64,000 bases of DNA, from positions 9,362,001 through 9,426,000 of the forward strand of contig NC_135263.1 of assembly GCF_964204865.1 (NCBI RefSeq), given 5' to 3'. The notes under the pieces are model-generated. The model was not told the DNA's origin. It worked only from the letters and a program-made list of their open reading frames with translations, and searched no databases. Source of the stretch: Styela clava. Lineage: Eukaryota. This document shows, piece by piece, positions 54,589-64,000 of this stretch. The translations under genes were made by a program, and so were the position numbers. How positions within the stretch are numbered: the first letter of the stretch is position 1; every line of letters starts with the position of its first letter.

Positions 54589-56232
54589 CTACTGCTTGAA
54601 CCTCGTATATGCAACACGCCGCGGTTTCTTGGAACCAAAATGCTCAATAACGCACTGATTAAAGTCATGCATCCCAGAAATAACGTCTCTGTGAATGGAT
54701 AAAACAGCCAAGGAATTTAATCTATCTTGCTTCATTGTGTTTCTGAGATACGTTTTAATACGCTTCAGCGTGCTGAATGTTCGCTCTGCGTCGGCGGAAG
54801 AAATAGGCGTCGTCAAAATGATGTCCAGAAATTTTGCAGACGCCGCAAAGGTAGTTACTAGAGTGTTATCTATGAGGAACCCATAGAGCGCGCAAGTTGA
54901 TGTGATGTTCAAAAAAGTTTGATTGGTGTATATACATCGCAATTCATTTTCCAATTTACCCACGTTCATCATGGGGTAAAATTTGGAGACAGTAGCCAAC
55001 AAATGGATGGGAAATTGACGTGCAAATTTTGAAAAATTTTTGGGGTTCATCAAAGAGAGCGCGGCAAGGTGTTCAGTGCGCAGACGATCGCCTATTTGAT
55101 TCACCAGAATGTCACAGCATTCCTTTGCAGACAAAATCAAACGCTGCGTTGTTTGCCCGCGGCGTAAAGAGGCACTCCATGTGTCGTTGTATTTTATTGT
55201 TTCCCGGATACGAGATACAGCATCGCAAAAATCTGAAATACACGACTGCACAGACGCTCCATCCATTAGCCTTGACTGCAATGCGCCGTATAATACATCC
55301 ACGTGATAGAATATTGTGGAGAAAAAAGCGAGAAAAAATGAAAACTCACCATCTTCTAGCAGACGCTTTAGACCTGCCGCCTCCCTCACAGAGCGTTCGT
55401 CCCAAACCGGAGAGCTCTGAATGCCATTGAAACACTCAATGAGCTCAGACCTAATTTCGGACACGCCCTGCACCACGCGTGATTGGAAGTTCCAACGTGT
55501 TGGTGCACAAGCTGGGAGACGGCGGCTACATACCTGGCGAAGGAGGTCAGAGCGCTTCGGCAAAACGGAAAAAAATGAAGAAGACCCCGAAACATTTGCA
55601 AAAAATATACGGACGAGAGGGGTATCAAGACACCTATTTTTAATAACGAGGTTAAATTGGTGTGCATAACAATGTAAAAAATGCGCATGAGGAAAATCTT
55701 CTTTTATATAAACTTGAACACCATGTTTCGACCCACTCATGACTGCCGCGCCGTCATAAGTTTGAGCTATCAATTTTGACTTCGCGTTGTAAGGCTGTAA
55801 CACTTCTTTCAGTACAGCCGATATCCCGCAAGCCGTGCGATCAACGATTGGTACAAAGCTGTGAAATCTCTCGGTAGGTTTACCATCTTTCACAAACCGA
55901 AAAATCACAGCCAGTTGGAAAACGCACGTGATGTCAGTTGTCTCGTCAGACTGAATCGAAAGGAACTGGCAATTCTCAATTTCCAGAGCCAAATGTTGTA
56001 AATAAATTTTATACATTGAGTCGAGCAAATCATTTTGGATATTTTTAGATGTCCCTTTCGAAACAGTTGCGGCATCAAGATGATCTCTCAATACTGTATC
56101 TAGGGATGCGGTGTATTCCACCATATCCAAAAATACCCCTCTATTAGAAGAGCCAGCCCGTTCATCGTGCCCACGGAGGGACAGCTCGTGACAACGCGCG
56201 TCCTTCCTCCAACTGTGCTGCAATATTAACAT
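54589..56232 (-). CDS. hAT transposase core ORF, 547 aa (DUF4371-type region, DDE core, C-terminal dimerisation domain), lacking the native N-terminus
   Basis: Motifs LRGHDE, IQSDETTD, QTYDGAAVMSG, HCYAHQFNL (CxxH), TRW and SSADAERTFSTLKRIKTYLRNTMKQDRL. Confidence 0.9.
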   Translation of the reverse strand: MLILQHSWRKDARCHELSLRGHDERAGSSNRGVFLDMVEYTASLDTVLRDHLDAATVSKGTSKNIQNDLLDSMYKIYLQHLALEIENCQFLSIQSDETTDITCVFQLAVIFRFVKDGKPTERFHSFVPIVDRTACGISAVLKEVLQPYNAKSKLIAQTYDGAAVMSGSKHGVQVYIKEDFPHAHFLHCYAHQFNLVIKNRCLDTPLVRIFFANVSGSSSFFSVLPKRSDLLRQVCSRRLPACAPTRWNFQSRVVQGVSEIRSELIECFNGIQSSPVWDERSVREAAGLKRLLEDGEFSFFLAFFSTIFYHVDVLYGALQSRLMDGASVQSCISDFCDAVSRIRETIKYNDTWSASLRRGQTTQRLILSAKECCDILVNQIGDRLRTEHLAALSLMNPKNFSKFARQFPIHLLATVSKFYPMMNVGKLENELRCIYTNQTFLNITSTCALYGFLIDNTLVTTFAASAKFLDIILTTPISSADAERTFSTLKRIKTYLRNTMKQDRLNSLAVLSIHRDVISGMHDFNQCVIEHFGSKKPRRVAYTRFKQ

Positions 56233-56597
56233 TTCCGAATGTTCGGTATTTTACTGCATTGTCCAGATGCTCTATAGAAGATTGATGATCCCTGGCACGC
56301 TCGGAAAGATGTTTAAGATCTCTAAAACCAAATTTACACCAACGTCAGTCACGGGCGGTAGCAAAAAGTGGGCAATAAAAACAAAAAAAGTGCATTTTTG
56401 TCCTCGCTGTAACACAACCATTCGTGTTTTTTATACCAAGTTTCTGCGCAGAATGTACGCCGACGCTTTCCTCCGTCATGGGATTGTTCCAGTGAACAAT
56501 TTTTTGGTTGATAAGGCCCAAGACGTTGTACCTCTAATTTTTGTTCCAGCGGCAGCTGCGAAAATGGAGTGCGAAGTAGTGCATCAACCTTATTCAT
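56190..56597 (-). pseudogene. Disrupted N-terminal part of the hAT transposase (TTF-type zinc finger)
   Basis: MNKVDALL...GPYQP...WYKKHEWLCYSEDKNALF, then a +1 frameshift in a T7 run (56383-56389). The corrected frame reads CFYCPLFATARD*RWCKFGFRDLKHLSERARDHQSSIEHLDN...NIAAQLEEGRALS with a TGA at 56345-56347, then changes frame at ~56190. Confidence 0.85.
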
Positions 56598-57304
56598 TAT
56601 GACGTCTAAGGCTAAGAAATGCGAAGCCGGAAAGAAGTGAGGAGCTCAAAAGAAATGTGGAAAATCGAAAGCAAATGGACTAAAGGTCTCTAACTGATTC
56701 AAATAGCGAAAAGCGACAAAAACGAAGGCGAGGAAACTATCAACTCTTCAAGCAACCAACGAACGAGAAAGAATGCGTGAATAAGTCAACACGTTGTTGT
56801 AAGAAACGTCGGCATTGTGTCGTCATAATTTCGGGGCTAGCCCCGATCGGCCCCGATGATTTAGTAAAAGAAACAGAAAACAAACGAGACAAACGCGGCG
56901 AGTGGAAGATAAAAGAGAGAATACGATATACAATGAGCAACCGGGGCAAAATCGGCGTCGCCCCGTCGACGTTCGGCGAAGGCTTTGCGAGCGAAAAATG
57001 AACCATGTCGGGAGAATATGGCTAGTGTAGACAGTCTGTCCAACCGATATTGAGGTATTTTTCGAATATTTTTTATTATACCGAAAAAACAACCGGGGCA
57101 TTGTCCCGGTTGGCCCTATTGACGCGCCGCCACTGCCAAATATGGAAAAAATATCACATGACATCATTTAACAGATAAAACAAGGGCTTTCACAAAAATA
57201 TTATTCAACCTCCAATTTTTTTTTCTAAATTTTACTGATTTATGCTTTGCTTTACACAACTGAGCCCATAAGCAAGTCTAATAGGAATTTAATCCCAAAT
57301 CAAA

Positions 57305-58921
57305 TCCTTGCTCCACTGCCCTATCTCCCTCCACTTTCCTATTCTCGATCCGCTGCCCTGTCTCCCTCGCCTCGACCAAGTGCTCCACCTCCCTACCCTC
57401 AACCCACCGCCCTATCTACCTCAAGCTTCCTATCCTCGACCCACCGTACTACCTTCCTTTCCCCCTCAACCCTTTTATCCTCGACTCATTGCCCTATCTC
57501 CTTCAACTTTTCTATCCTCGATCCACTGCGTTATCTGCCTCAAACTTCCCACCCTCGACCCACTGTGCGACCTTCCTCAACTTGCTTATCTTCGACCCAC
57601 GACGCTATACCACTCAGTACCTAACCCAACGGCGCTACAATCACGACTCGGTCGTCAGAATGAACTCTACCATCTTGCGACCAACTTCCATGTGTTATAC
57701 TGGTCAAGTATGCCAATGAGATGATTTAATCGTACGTCGACAAAACATGATTGACGGCATTCGTAAATGTAGGCTGGAATCTCAATTGGTAATCAATAAC
57801 CATAATTAGTGGCTTAAAAATGTACTACTAATTAGGCTACTGATGGCATCGGGTTTGGAGTCACTGTTTTTAAAATTTTAACAGTTCATTCGATATCGAC
57901 ATATCTGAGTTCCTTTTCAGAAACTCATTTAATGTCGCCTGTATTTCCATGCAAGGCGAAACGACGAGAAAGTAATAAAATATTTGCACGCTTGGTCTTT
58001 TTCAACGAATGTTCTGCCATATCCTGTTCTATATACAACTTTTTTTACGTGACTGAGAAGGCTGAAAAGTCAAAAACAGTCAAAAATATAAGTCGCTCAG
58101 TGAGTGCAATCCCTTCCAAACTATTTTTAAGCCATGAAATGTTTTGTCGTAGCTAGCGTTTCCAACTGCACTTTAATTCAGCGTATAGTCCCAAAAATGA
58201 GCTTATCTTATTTGCAACTTAATGAAGTTGCAAAGGACGCAGTTCGTACGTAATCTTTTACTATAAAATGTTGAAGAAAAATACTTTATACGGACCAGAG
58301 CACTATTGCTTACTTCGGATCAGCATCATATTGTCACAAGACTCACGACATAGCCAATTATTAAGGGCATAAAACGGCTTTGTTAAATTTAGAAAACTGT
58401 CATTCGCAACAAGAGACCATCAGTAGCCCAATTAGTAACACATTTTTAAACTGCCAATTATGGTTATTGTTTACCATTTGAGATTCCAGCCTACATATAC
58501 AAATGCCGTCAATCATGTTTTGTCCCCCTACGATTGAATCTTCTCATTGGCATACACGACCAGTATAACCCATGGAAGTTGGTCGCAAGATGGTTAAGTT
58601 CAGTGTGGCGATCGGGTCGTGAATAAAGCGCCGTTAGGTCAGGTACTGAATAGTATGGCAGCGTAGGTCAAAAATAGGTAAGTTGTGGCAGATAGTGCGG
58701 TGGGTCGAGGATAGGTAAGTTGAGGAAGGTAGGGCAGTAGGTCGAGAAGAGAAAGGTTAAGAAAGATAGAGCGGTGGTTCGAGGATGCGGAAGTTGGGGA
58801 GATAGGTCAGTGGGTCGAGAATGGGAAAGCTGGGTAGATAGGGCAGTGGGTCGAGGATAGGGAGATAGCGTAGTGGGTCGAAAATAGGGAGGTTGGGGGA
58901 GATAGGGCATTGGGTCGAGGA
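57305..58921. repeat. Long imperfect inverted repeat (foldback-like): arms 57305-57846 and 58417-58921, 570-bp spacer, outer halves made of ~37-bp tandem modules
   Basis: 57600-57846 aligns with the reverse complement of 58417-58665, e.g. ACCATCTTGCGACCAACTTCCATG and GACAAAACATGATTGACGGCATT. About 8 TCCTCGACCCAC..CTATCT modules per arm. Confidence 0.88.
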
Positions 58922-59419
58922 CAGTTTTCAAGTAAACGAATAGCTCGCGGAGGCCCTAAGCGCCTTTAATGTGGTTGAAAGCTGATCGAAAAATATCACT
59001 ATTAGAGTGGAATTTTCTCCAAACTTTTTGTAACCCCAAAATAATTTGCCGCATCATCATAAACGTAATTCCTATGCGTGTTTTCGTACTCTAATTTCAT
59101 AAAATCGAGTGCCATAAAAGGTCCCTGATAGAAGTGCTGCATAAGTGAAGCCCAAAACTACACCAACACCGATAGAAGCTTATCAGACTTGTTTCAGTTT
59201 CTTATAGATACAAACATTGATTAAATATCTGTGACCCACTCTCCTCTCTTCCTCGAAAAAAATATAATTTTTGACCCATTCATTGAAAAAGGTTCGCCAT
59301 CCCTGCTATATATCATACATTCCTAATTATACAACATTTCGTTGGTCGACATTTTGTTTAACTGTCACATCAAACAACAACATTACAACAGAGCAGTTTA
59401 GCCATATTCTGGCACATTC

Positions 59420-59529
59420 GGACCTCCGGAAGTATGTGCACCAAGATGGCGCACAACCTGAACATAGTAGTTGTACCAGGTTAGGGTTCAGATTGTGCGC
59501 CGTCTTGGTGCACATACTTCGGGAGCGCC
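59420..59529. mobile_element. Second copy of the 110-bp palindromic MITE
   Basis: GAAGTATGTGCACCAAGATGGCGCACAACCTGAAC...GTTCAGATTGTGCGCCGTCTTGGTGCACATACTTC is clearly homologous to 22423-22532. No TSD seen. Confidence 0.8.
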
Positions 59530-60387
59530 CGGACGACTGCGTTGTCGTCATAGTCATATGCGAGGATATTGCGGTTTTCCTTGATCACTGTGTTGTCTCT
59601 GGCTAACGCAACTCAGACTTTTGGCTCCGGATTGTAAGAATCCTTTGACTCCGGAAGGTAAGAAACTTATAACTTTTATAACTTAGACGAGTTATAAAAC
59701 TGTTTTGATTTGTAAATACAACAGGTAAACGCGTCGAAAGTTGCGTTTACCGTCTATGGGACGTTTTAGCTAATCCAAATCGTTACGAAATTTATCTTGT
59801 TACCCAGAAGCCAGAGGGCAGAGACAACACAGCGGTAGTTGAAAGATAGGTAGCTTTTTTTGCTATTTGCTGAGTGCCTGAAAGCTCGATGTTTACGGTT
59901 AACGATTAGTCAGGATTTCATGTCCTACCGAGGCGAGGAACACAAATTTGGTGGTTCGCCAATTAGAGTCAATCCGTGGGAGATGATTATTTGAGTCGCA
60001 GTGACACGGAAGTGAGTTGTTTTTTGTCCCGGAGTGGAGTTATGAGTCGTTTGGTTATTATGTTGTTCTTCATCGTGTTATTTTTCTTCCTATATATAGT
60101 TGTGAAGAAAATCGGCTTTCTCTTTAATTACAGAACCAATTACTTCCAATTTTCAGTGGTTAAAGATTGTATTTTCCGCTAGGAGGCTATCACTTTTATT
60201 TATTTCAAACATTTTTGTGAGCTCTATGGCATTCGTTTTTTGTGTGAAATGACGTCACCAAAATATGCGCACCTTGTGGCGGTTCTGCGAACACATATCA
60301 GCCAATCTCGTTCCCAGCGAACGCCGAACGATCTCGTGATTAGCGAAAGTGGGAAGTTTTTAATGGGGAACGGACTGTGGACTGTTC

Positions 60388-60728
60388 GTATTTCAATTCA
60401 CGTTGAAACTGAATCAAGAAGAGGAGATCATTGACACAGGACCTGGAAAAGCTACGAAAGTTCCTGTACTTTTACTGATACCCCGATATACGGTAGGTAC
60501 CGATAAGTTACCGCATAGGATTTTGGGAAGTTTTTCACGGGGAATGTGGTACCTGATCTAGTAATACAGAAGTGACTCGAATCACTTGGTATTTCAATTT
60601 ACGTTGAAACTGAATTATGAAGAATGGATCATCGTCGCAGGACCGGAAAAGCTAAGACATTCCCTGTACCCGTCACGATACTCAGATACAGGTACAATAA
60701 GTTACGGAACCGCATATGATTTTCGGGG
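60388..60728 (+). repeat. Diverged direct duplication, period 201 bp
   Basis: GTATTTCAATTYACGTTGAAACTGAAT...CAGGACC(T)GGAAAAGCTA...CCTGTAC...ATAAGTTAC...CCGCATA at 60388 and 60589. Confidence 0.8.
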
Positions 60729-62183
60729 AATTGGTGATAAAATATTTCGTTTTGTCGTCCGTGTCAACATATTTGAGCGTAGCTCTCTGTCTTCGCAGTG
60801 TGGTTCGGGTGGCGTCCCCCGCCATCAAAGCACGCCCATGCCTATACTAGGGTTCTCGCACAGCGTGACGCACAAGTGTGGAATTTTTATCACAGTTTAT
60901 TCGGCTAGATAGCAAGCAGTACCTAACAAAATTGCTCACTCGTCACTGTCCCTAGTTTTCGTTGGCATATTAGGGTTTCTCCCAATATATGTTTGTCTGC
61001 GTAAATCCTGTAAACTTTGCAAACGACGCCGACGGACAAGACTCGCCACTTGCACGTCGGTGCCGGTTAAAAACCGCTGTAGCGTAGCCAACGAGCACTA
61101 CAGGTACGTTGGTCAGCAGCTCCGCCAAGAGGCTATTTGTCAAATCCCCAGAAATTCCGGGGTTGTTGAATGGAATCCTCGACATTTCGAAATCTCAACG
61201 CATCAACCATTTGATGAATTTTTTCCCGAACTTACATTTACATAAGCGTGCGCTTACAAGCCTTGTTAAATGCATGCGGGTACAGATGACAAAATCATTC
61301 ATGCATAACAAATTGTTATCTCAAACATACAAATAAAAAAAATCCTGGAACATAAATACAAAAACAAAGACGCAAAACTGAATGTTTCGAACCTTTCATA
61401 GATATCAGATGCACAATGATCTGCCTGAATTTGGGATAAAATAATAAAATAGGAATAAATGAGCAGCACCGATTCCAACCATTATTCAGAATTGAACTAA
61501 GGAGACATAAAAAAAATAGTTCACTAGTCCGGCACACCACCAGGCATAGCTGGCCAATATTCATTTTAAAAAATCTATCACACTAAAGAATTCATTTTCC
61601 ACACCTAAATTTTAAATACTTTTTTCAGACTAGAAGACAAAAGAATAACAATGTGCACCTGAACCAATAGCTTTCAAAATCTGTTCAGTCACACATAATG
61701 TTTTAAAGAAATAATTGCATGTTTACTAGGTCATGTGATACCCATAAGGTAACTGATACTAGCTTCAAACAACTGTTTATTACATTGAAAAAACTGAACA
61801 AATTACCTCTGATACCAAACAATACCTTACCGAATATGGCTGCATCACTTGTACTGAAATGATCACATTTGGGAAATGTTAAGGCGTGACCATTCAAAAT
61901 CAAGAATGAAGTTTGTTTCTGGAGAAGCACTCCATCATGCCAAAACATGTTGGTGTGTGTATGAAAGTATAATATTAACACATCAACTTGTATTTAGTTG
62001 TCTACAACTAATCCAAGACATAAATAAAAAAAAAATAAATAAATACAAACAAGAATGGTTGTCACTTGTCAAATAAGCTTGAGGGGCTGTGAGCCATGGA
62101 AAATACAATCAGTTCCCATGTCACCCAAAATACATCACTTCAAAAACACGTTGAAAATGAAAATAAGGTGGACAGAACTATTG

Positions 62184-64000
62184 TTACGAAGATCGTTCTT
62201 CTGCCTCAGGCGGAGTTTGTGTTTGATTCTGAAATGAAGCAGCAGGTGGTGCCAAACGAGATGAGAAACTGATAAGTTTGAAAACTGCTGATCTGAGGAT
62301 AGATGGGCAGTTCTGACTTGCACACATATTTTCAAGAGCCAGTCTCAGTTCATAGAATGATAGCCTTAAAATAAATTAATGATAAGACATTGGTAAAGGA
62401 AGATTTCAGTAAGAGAATACCATATAAATATGTATTACCTGCAGTATGGGTTTCTTCTCGATAAATATCTGTATGTCAAAAACTTGTAGTATAAAAATGG
62501 TGCCAATATTGTAGTTCTTCCTCTGTTAAATAAAAATCTTTTTTGTTACTCAAAAAACTATAGATATGGAAAAGCTCTATTTAGGGGCTGTTAGTTTTGG
62601 TAAGACATGTAAAGTATATACAACATGCTTTGATTAATAAAATACTGGAATTTGGAATACTCATGTTCACGTTTTTGCATAAAAAGGGAAAGACTGTAAA
62701 AAAAATTACATTTATTCTTTTAAAAAATCCAATGAGAAACTTCAGCCTGGCGTTATTTGCATAACTTTTTAGGATTGGGTCATCTTTCTGACAGACAAAC
62801 GAAAAATAGTAGAAACTACAAATATCTATATGAGAGTAAACCGAATACTGGCAAAAAATTTATCTTCAAGGTGGAGCAAGTTTAATAATAGTAACAACCT
62901 AACAAGTATTTGATATATTTGAACAATATATAATATAATAATATATACACTGGGATTGGTATGTGAACTTGCAGAACCCCTCAGTCTCAATAAATAAAAA
63001 TATATTTTACTTTCAACAGATGAAGGGCTTGAGACTTTAAAATTTTAGAAGTTGTGTCGCAACTACTTACATAAAGATCATAGCTATCGTTGTTGGCATG
63101 ATCAAAATTTCATTCAATGCTATGAAACGAAACAATGTAGCTTGATGTCGAGCAACGTGGTTGATAATTTTTCTTAGAGCAGGATATGAATTAGGTCCGT
63201 GAACATCTAACATTTGTCTTGTAAAACTACACGCATGAAGAAGAGCAAAAACCGTAACAGGTACCAGAGCAACTGAAAAAGTGATGTTGTAAAATGTAAT
63301 CATTCTTGACATGAAAAAAAGCATGAATAAAATGTTTAATATAGAGAATATTATGACAGCAAAACGAAATTCTAATACAACTCAAGGTGGGACTAAACAG
63401 CATAAAAATGAAGATTTGTATTCATTTCTATTTTCAAAAATTTGGCATCTAGCGTATTTAAAATTAGATGAGTAGTGCATAGGAAATAACAAAAACATGA
63501 TATAACTTCAAATTCACATACTTGTTATAGGGTGACTTGTCAAAAATATGAGAGAATACATAAGATAATGAGCACTGTCTTCTACCATCATCTGAGCAAA
63601 ATGTTGGCGAGTCATACGAAAATCTGGAATTCTTTGATGTAATCGCAATGCACATATTACACCATTAGAAAGCATCGCTCTTTGAAAATATTGTCCCATA
63701 TCGAATGCACTAAAAAACATAAAAATGTATTTAGGCTACCAGTACATACTATTTCAGAAAAATATACAAGAACTTTCAGTAATACCATTAGAATAAAAAA
63801 CACCATAGGTGTAACGTAATTAGTACATCTTAAAAATGTACCATTATTAGTTAGTAGGCCTATATATATTACCCTAATGAATGCAAACATTAACAGAAAC
63901 ATTAGCATATAAATATCATGTTACCTGCAGAAAAACATGTATTGAATACTGAGGAAAATTGTGTATAATCTCATCACCCACATTGCTGTGCCAATTTTTC
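62184..64000 (-). CDS. TMEM33: Transmembrane protein 33 / Kr-h2 (Pom33/Tts1 family ER-shaping membrane protein), 5' end outside window
   Basis: Minus-strand exons: beyond 64000-63925 (KIGTAMWVMRLYTIF...), 63709-63522 (YFQRAMLSNGVICALRLHQRIP...EDSAHYLMYSLIF), 63272-63071 (PVTVFALLHA...FIALNEILIMP), 62522-62439 (PFLYYKFLTYRYLSRRNPYC), 62364-62184 (FYELRLALE...CP...SRLAP...EERSS-TAA). These match the TMEM33 motifs ALRLHQRLP, EDSCHYL and RYSSRRNPY; phases are consistent. Confidence 0.95.

Larger units (their letters stand above)
54173..57135 (-). mobile_element. hAT DNA transposon, Tip100/ZMYM1-like clade, 2963 bp, both ends present
   Basis: 14-bp perfect TIRs CAGTGGCGGCGCGT (54173-54186) and ACGCGCCGCCACTG (57122-57135). 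8-bp TSD CCAAATAT (54165-54172 and 57136-57143). Internal transposase. Confidence 0.96.
52218..59305. mobile_element. Non-autonomous Buster/Charlie-type hAT element enclosing nested elements (7088 bp)
   Basis: 15-bp perfect TIRs CAGGGATGGCGAACC (52218-52232) and GGTTCGCCATCCCTG (59291-59305). 8-bp TSD CTATATAT (52210-52217 and 59306-59313) with the Buster nnnTAnnn pattern. TGACCC subterminal motifs at both ends. Confidence 0.9.

Noticed and set aside
54695-56602. Several + strand ORFs of 63-136 aa over the transposon
   Set aside because: Antisense shadows of the GC-richer transposase gene, with no recognisable motifs.
57305-57600. Repeat with ~37-bp periodicity as a possible CRISPR array
   Set aside because: Eukaryotic context, degenerate modules without unique spacers, and no cas genes.
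57247-58931. Pro/Ser/Leu-rich ORFs (125, 138, 76, 87 aa)
   Set aside because: By-products of the pyrimidine-rich tandem modules, which are open in several frames at once.

Overview
AT-rich eukaryotic (animal) DNA with short GT-AG introns. An invertebrate chordate such as an ascidian is my inference, not something I could verify. Two protein-coding genes can be reconstructed by hand. (1) A complete 16-exon dachshund (Dach) gene on + (34820-46196, 709 aa, DD1 and DD2 domains, all splice phases consistent). (2) The 3' five exons of TMEM33/Kr-h2 on - (62184 to beyond 64000). The first ~34 kb has no recognisable coding gene; it carries MITEs and a decayed Penelope-like RT and is probably Dach regulatory DNA. 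Between the genes lies the most striking structure: a 7.1-kb Buster-type hAT unit (52218-59305; perfect 15-bp TIRs, 8-bp TSD CTATATAT). It encloses Buster end and transposase fragments, a complete 2963-bp Tip100/ZMYM1-like hAT transposon with its own TIRs and TSD, and a diverged foldback-like inverted repeat with tandem modules. The inner transposase is broken at its N-terminus, but an apparent deletion has put a new ATG in frame with an intact 547-aa catalytic core. I found no tRNA, rRNA or CRISPR features. All coordinates were read by eye and no database searches were run.
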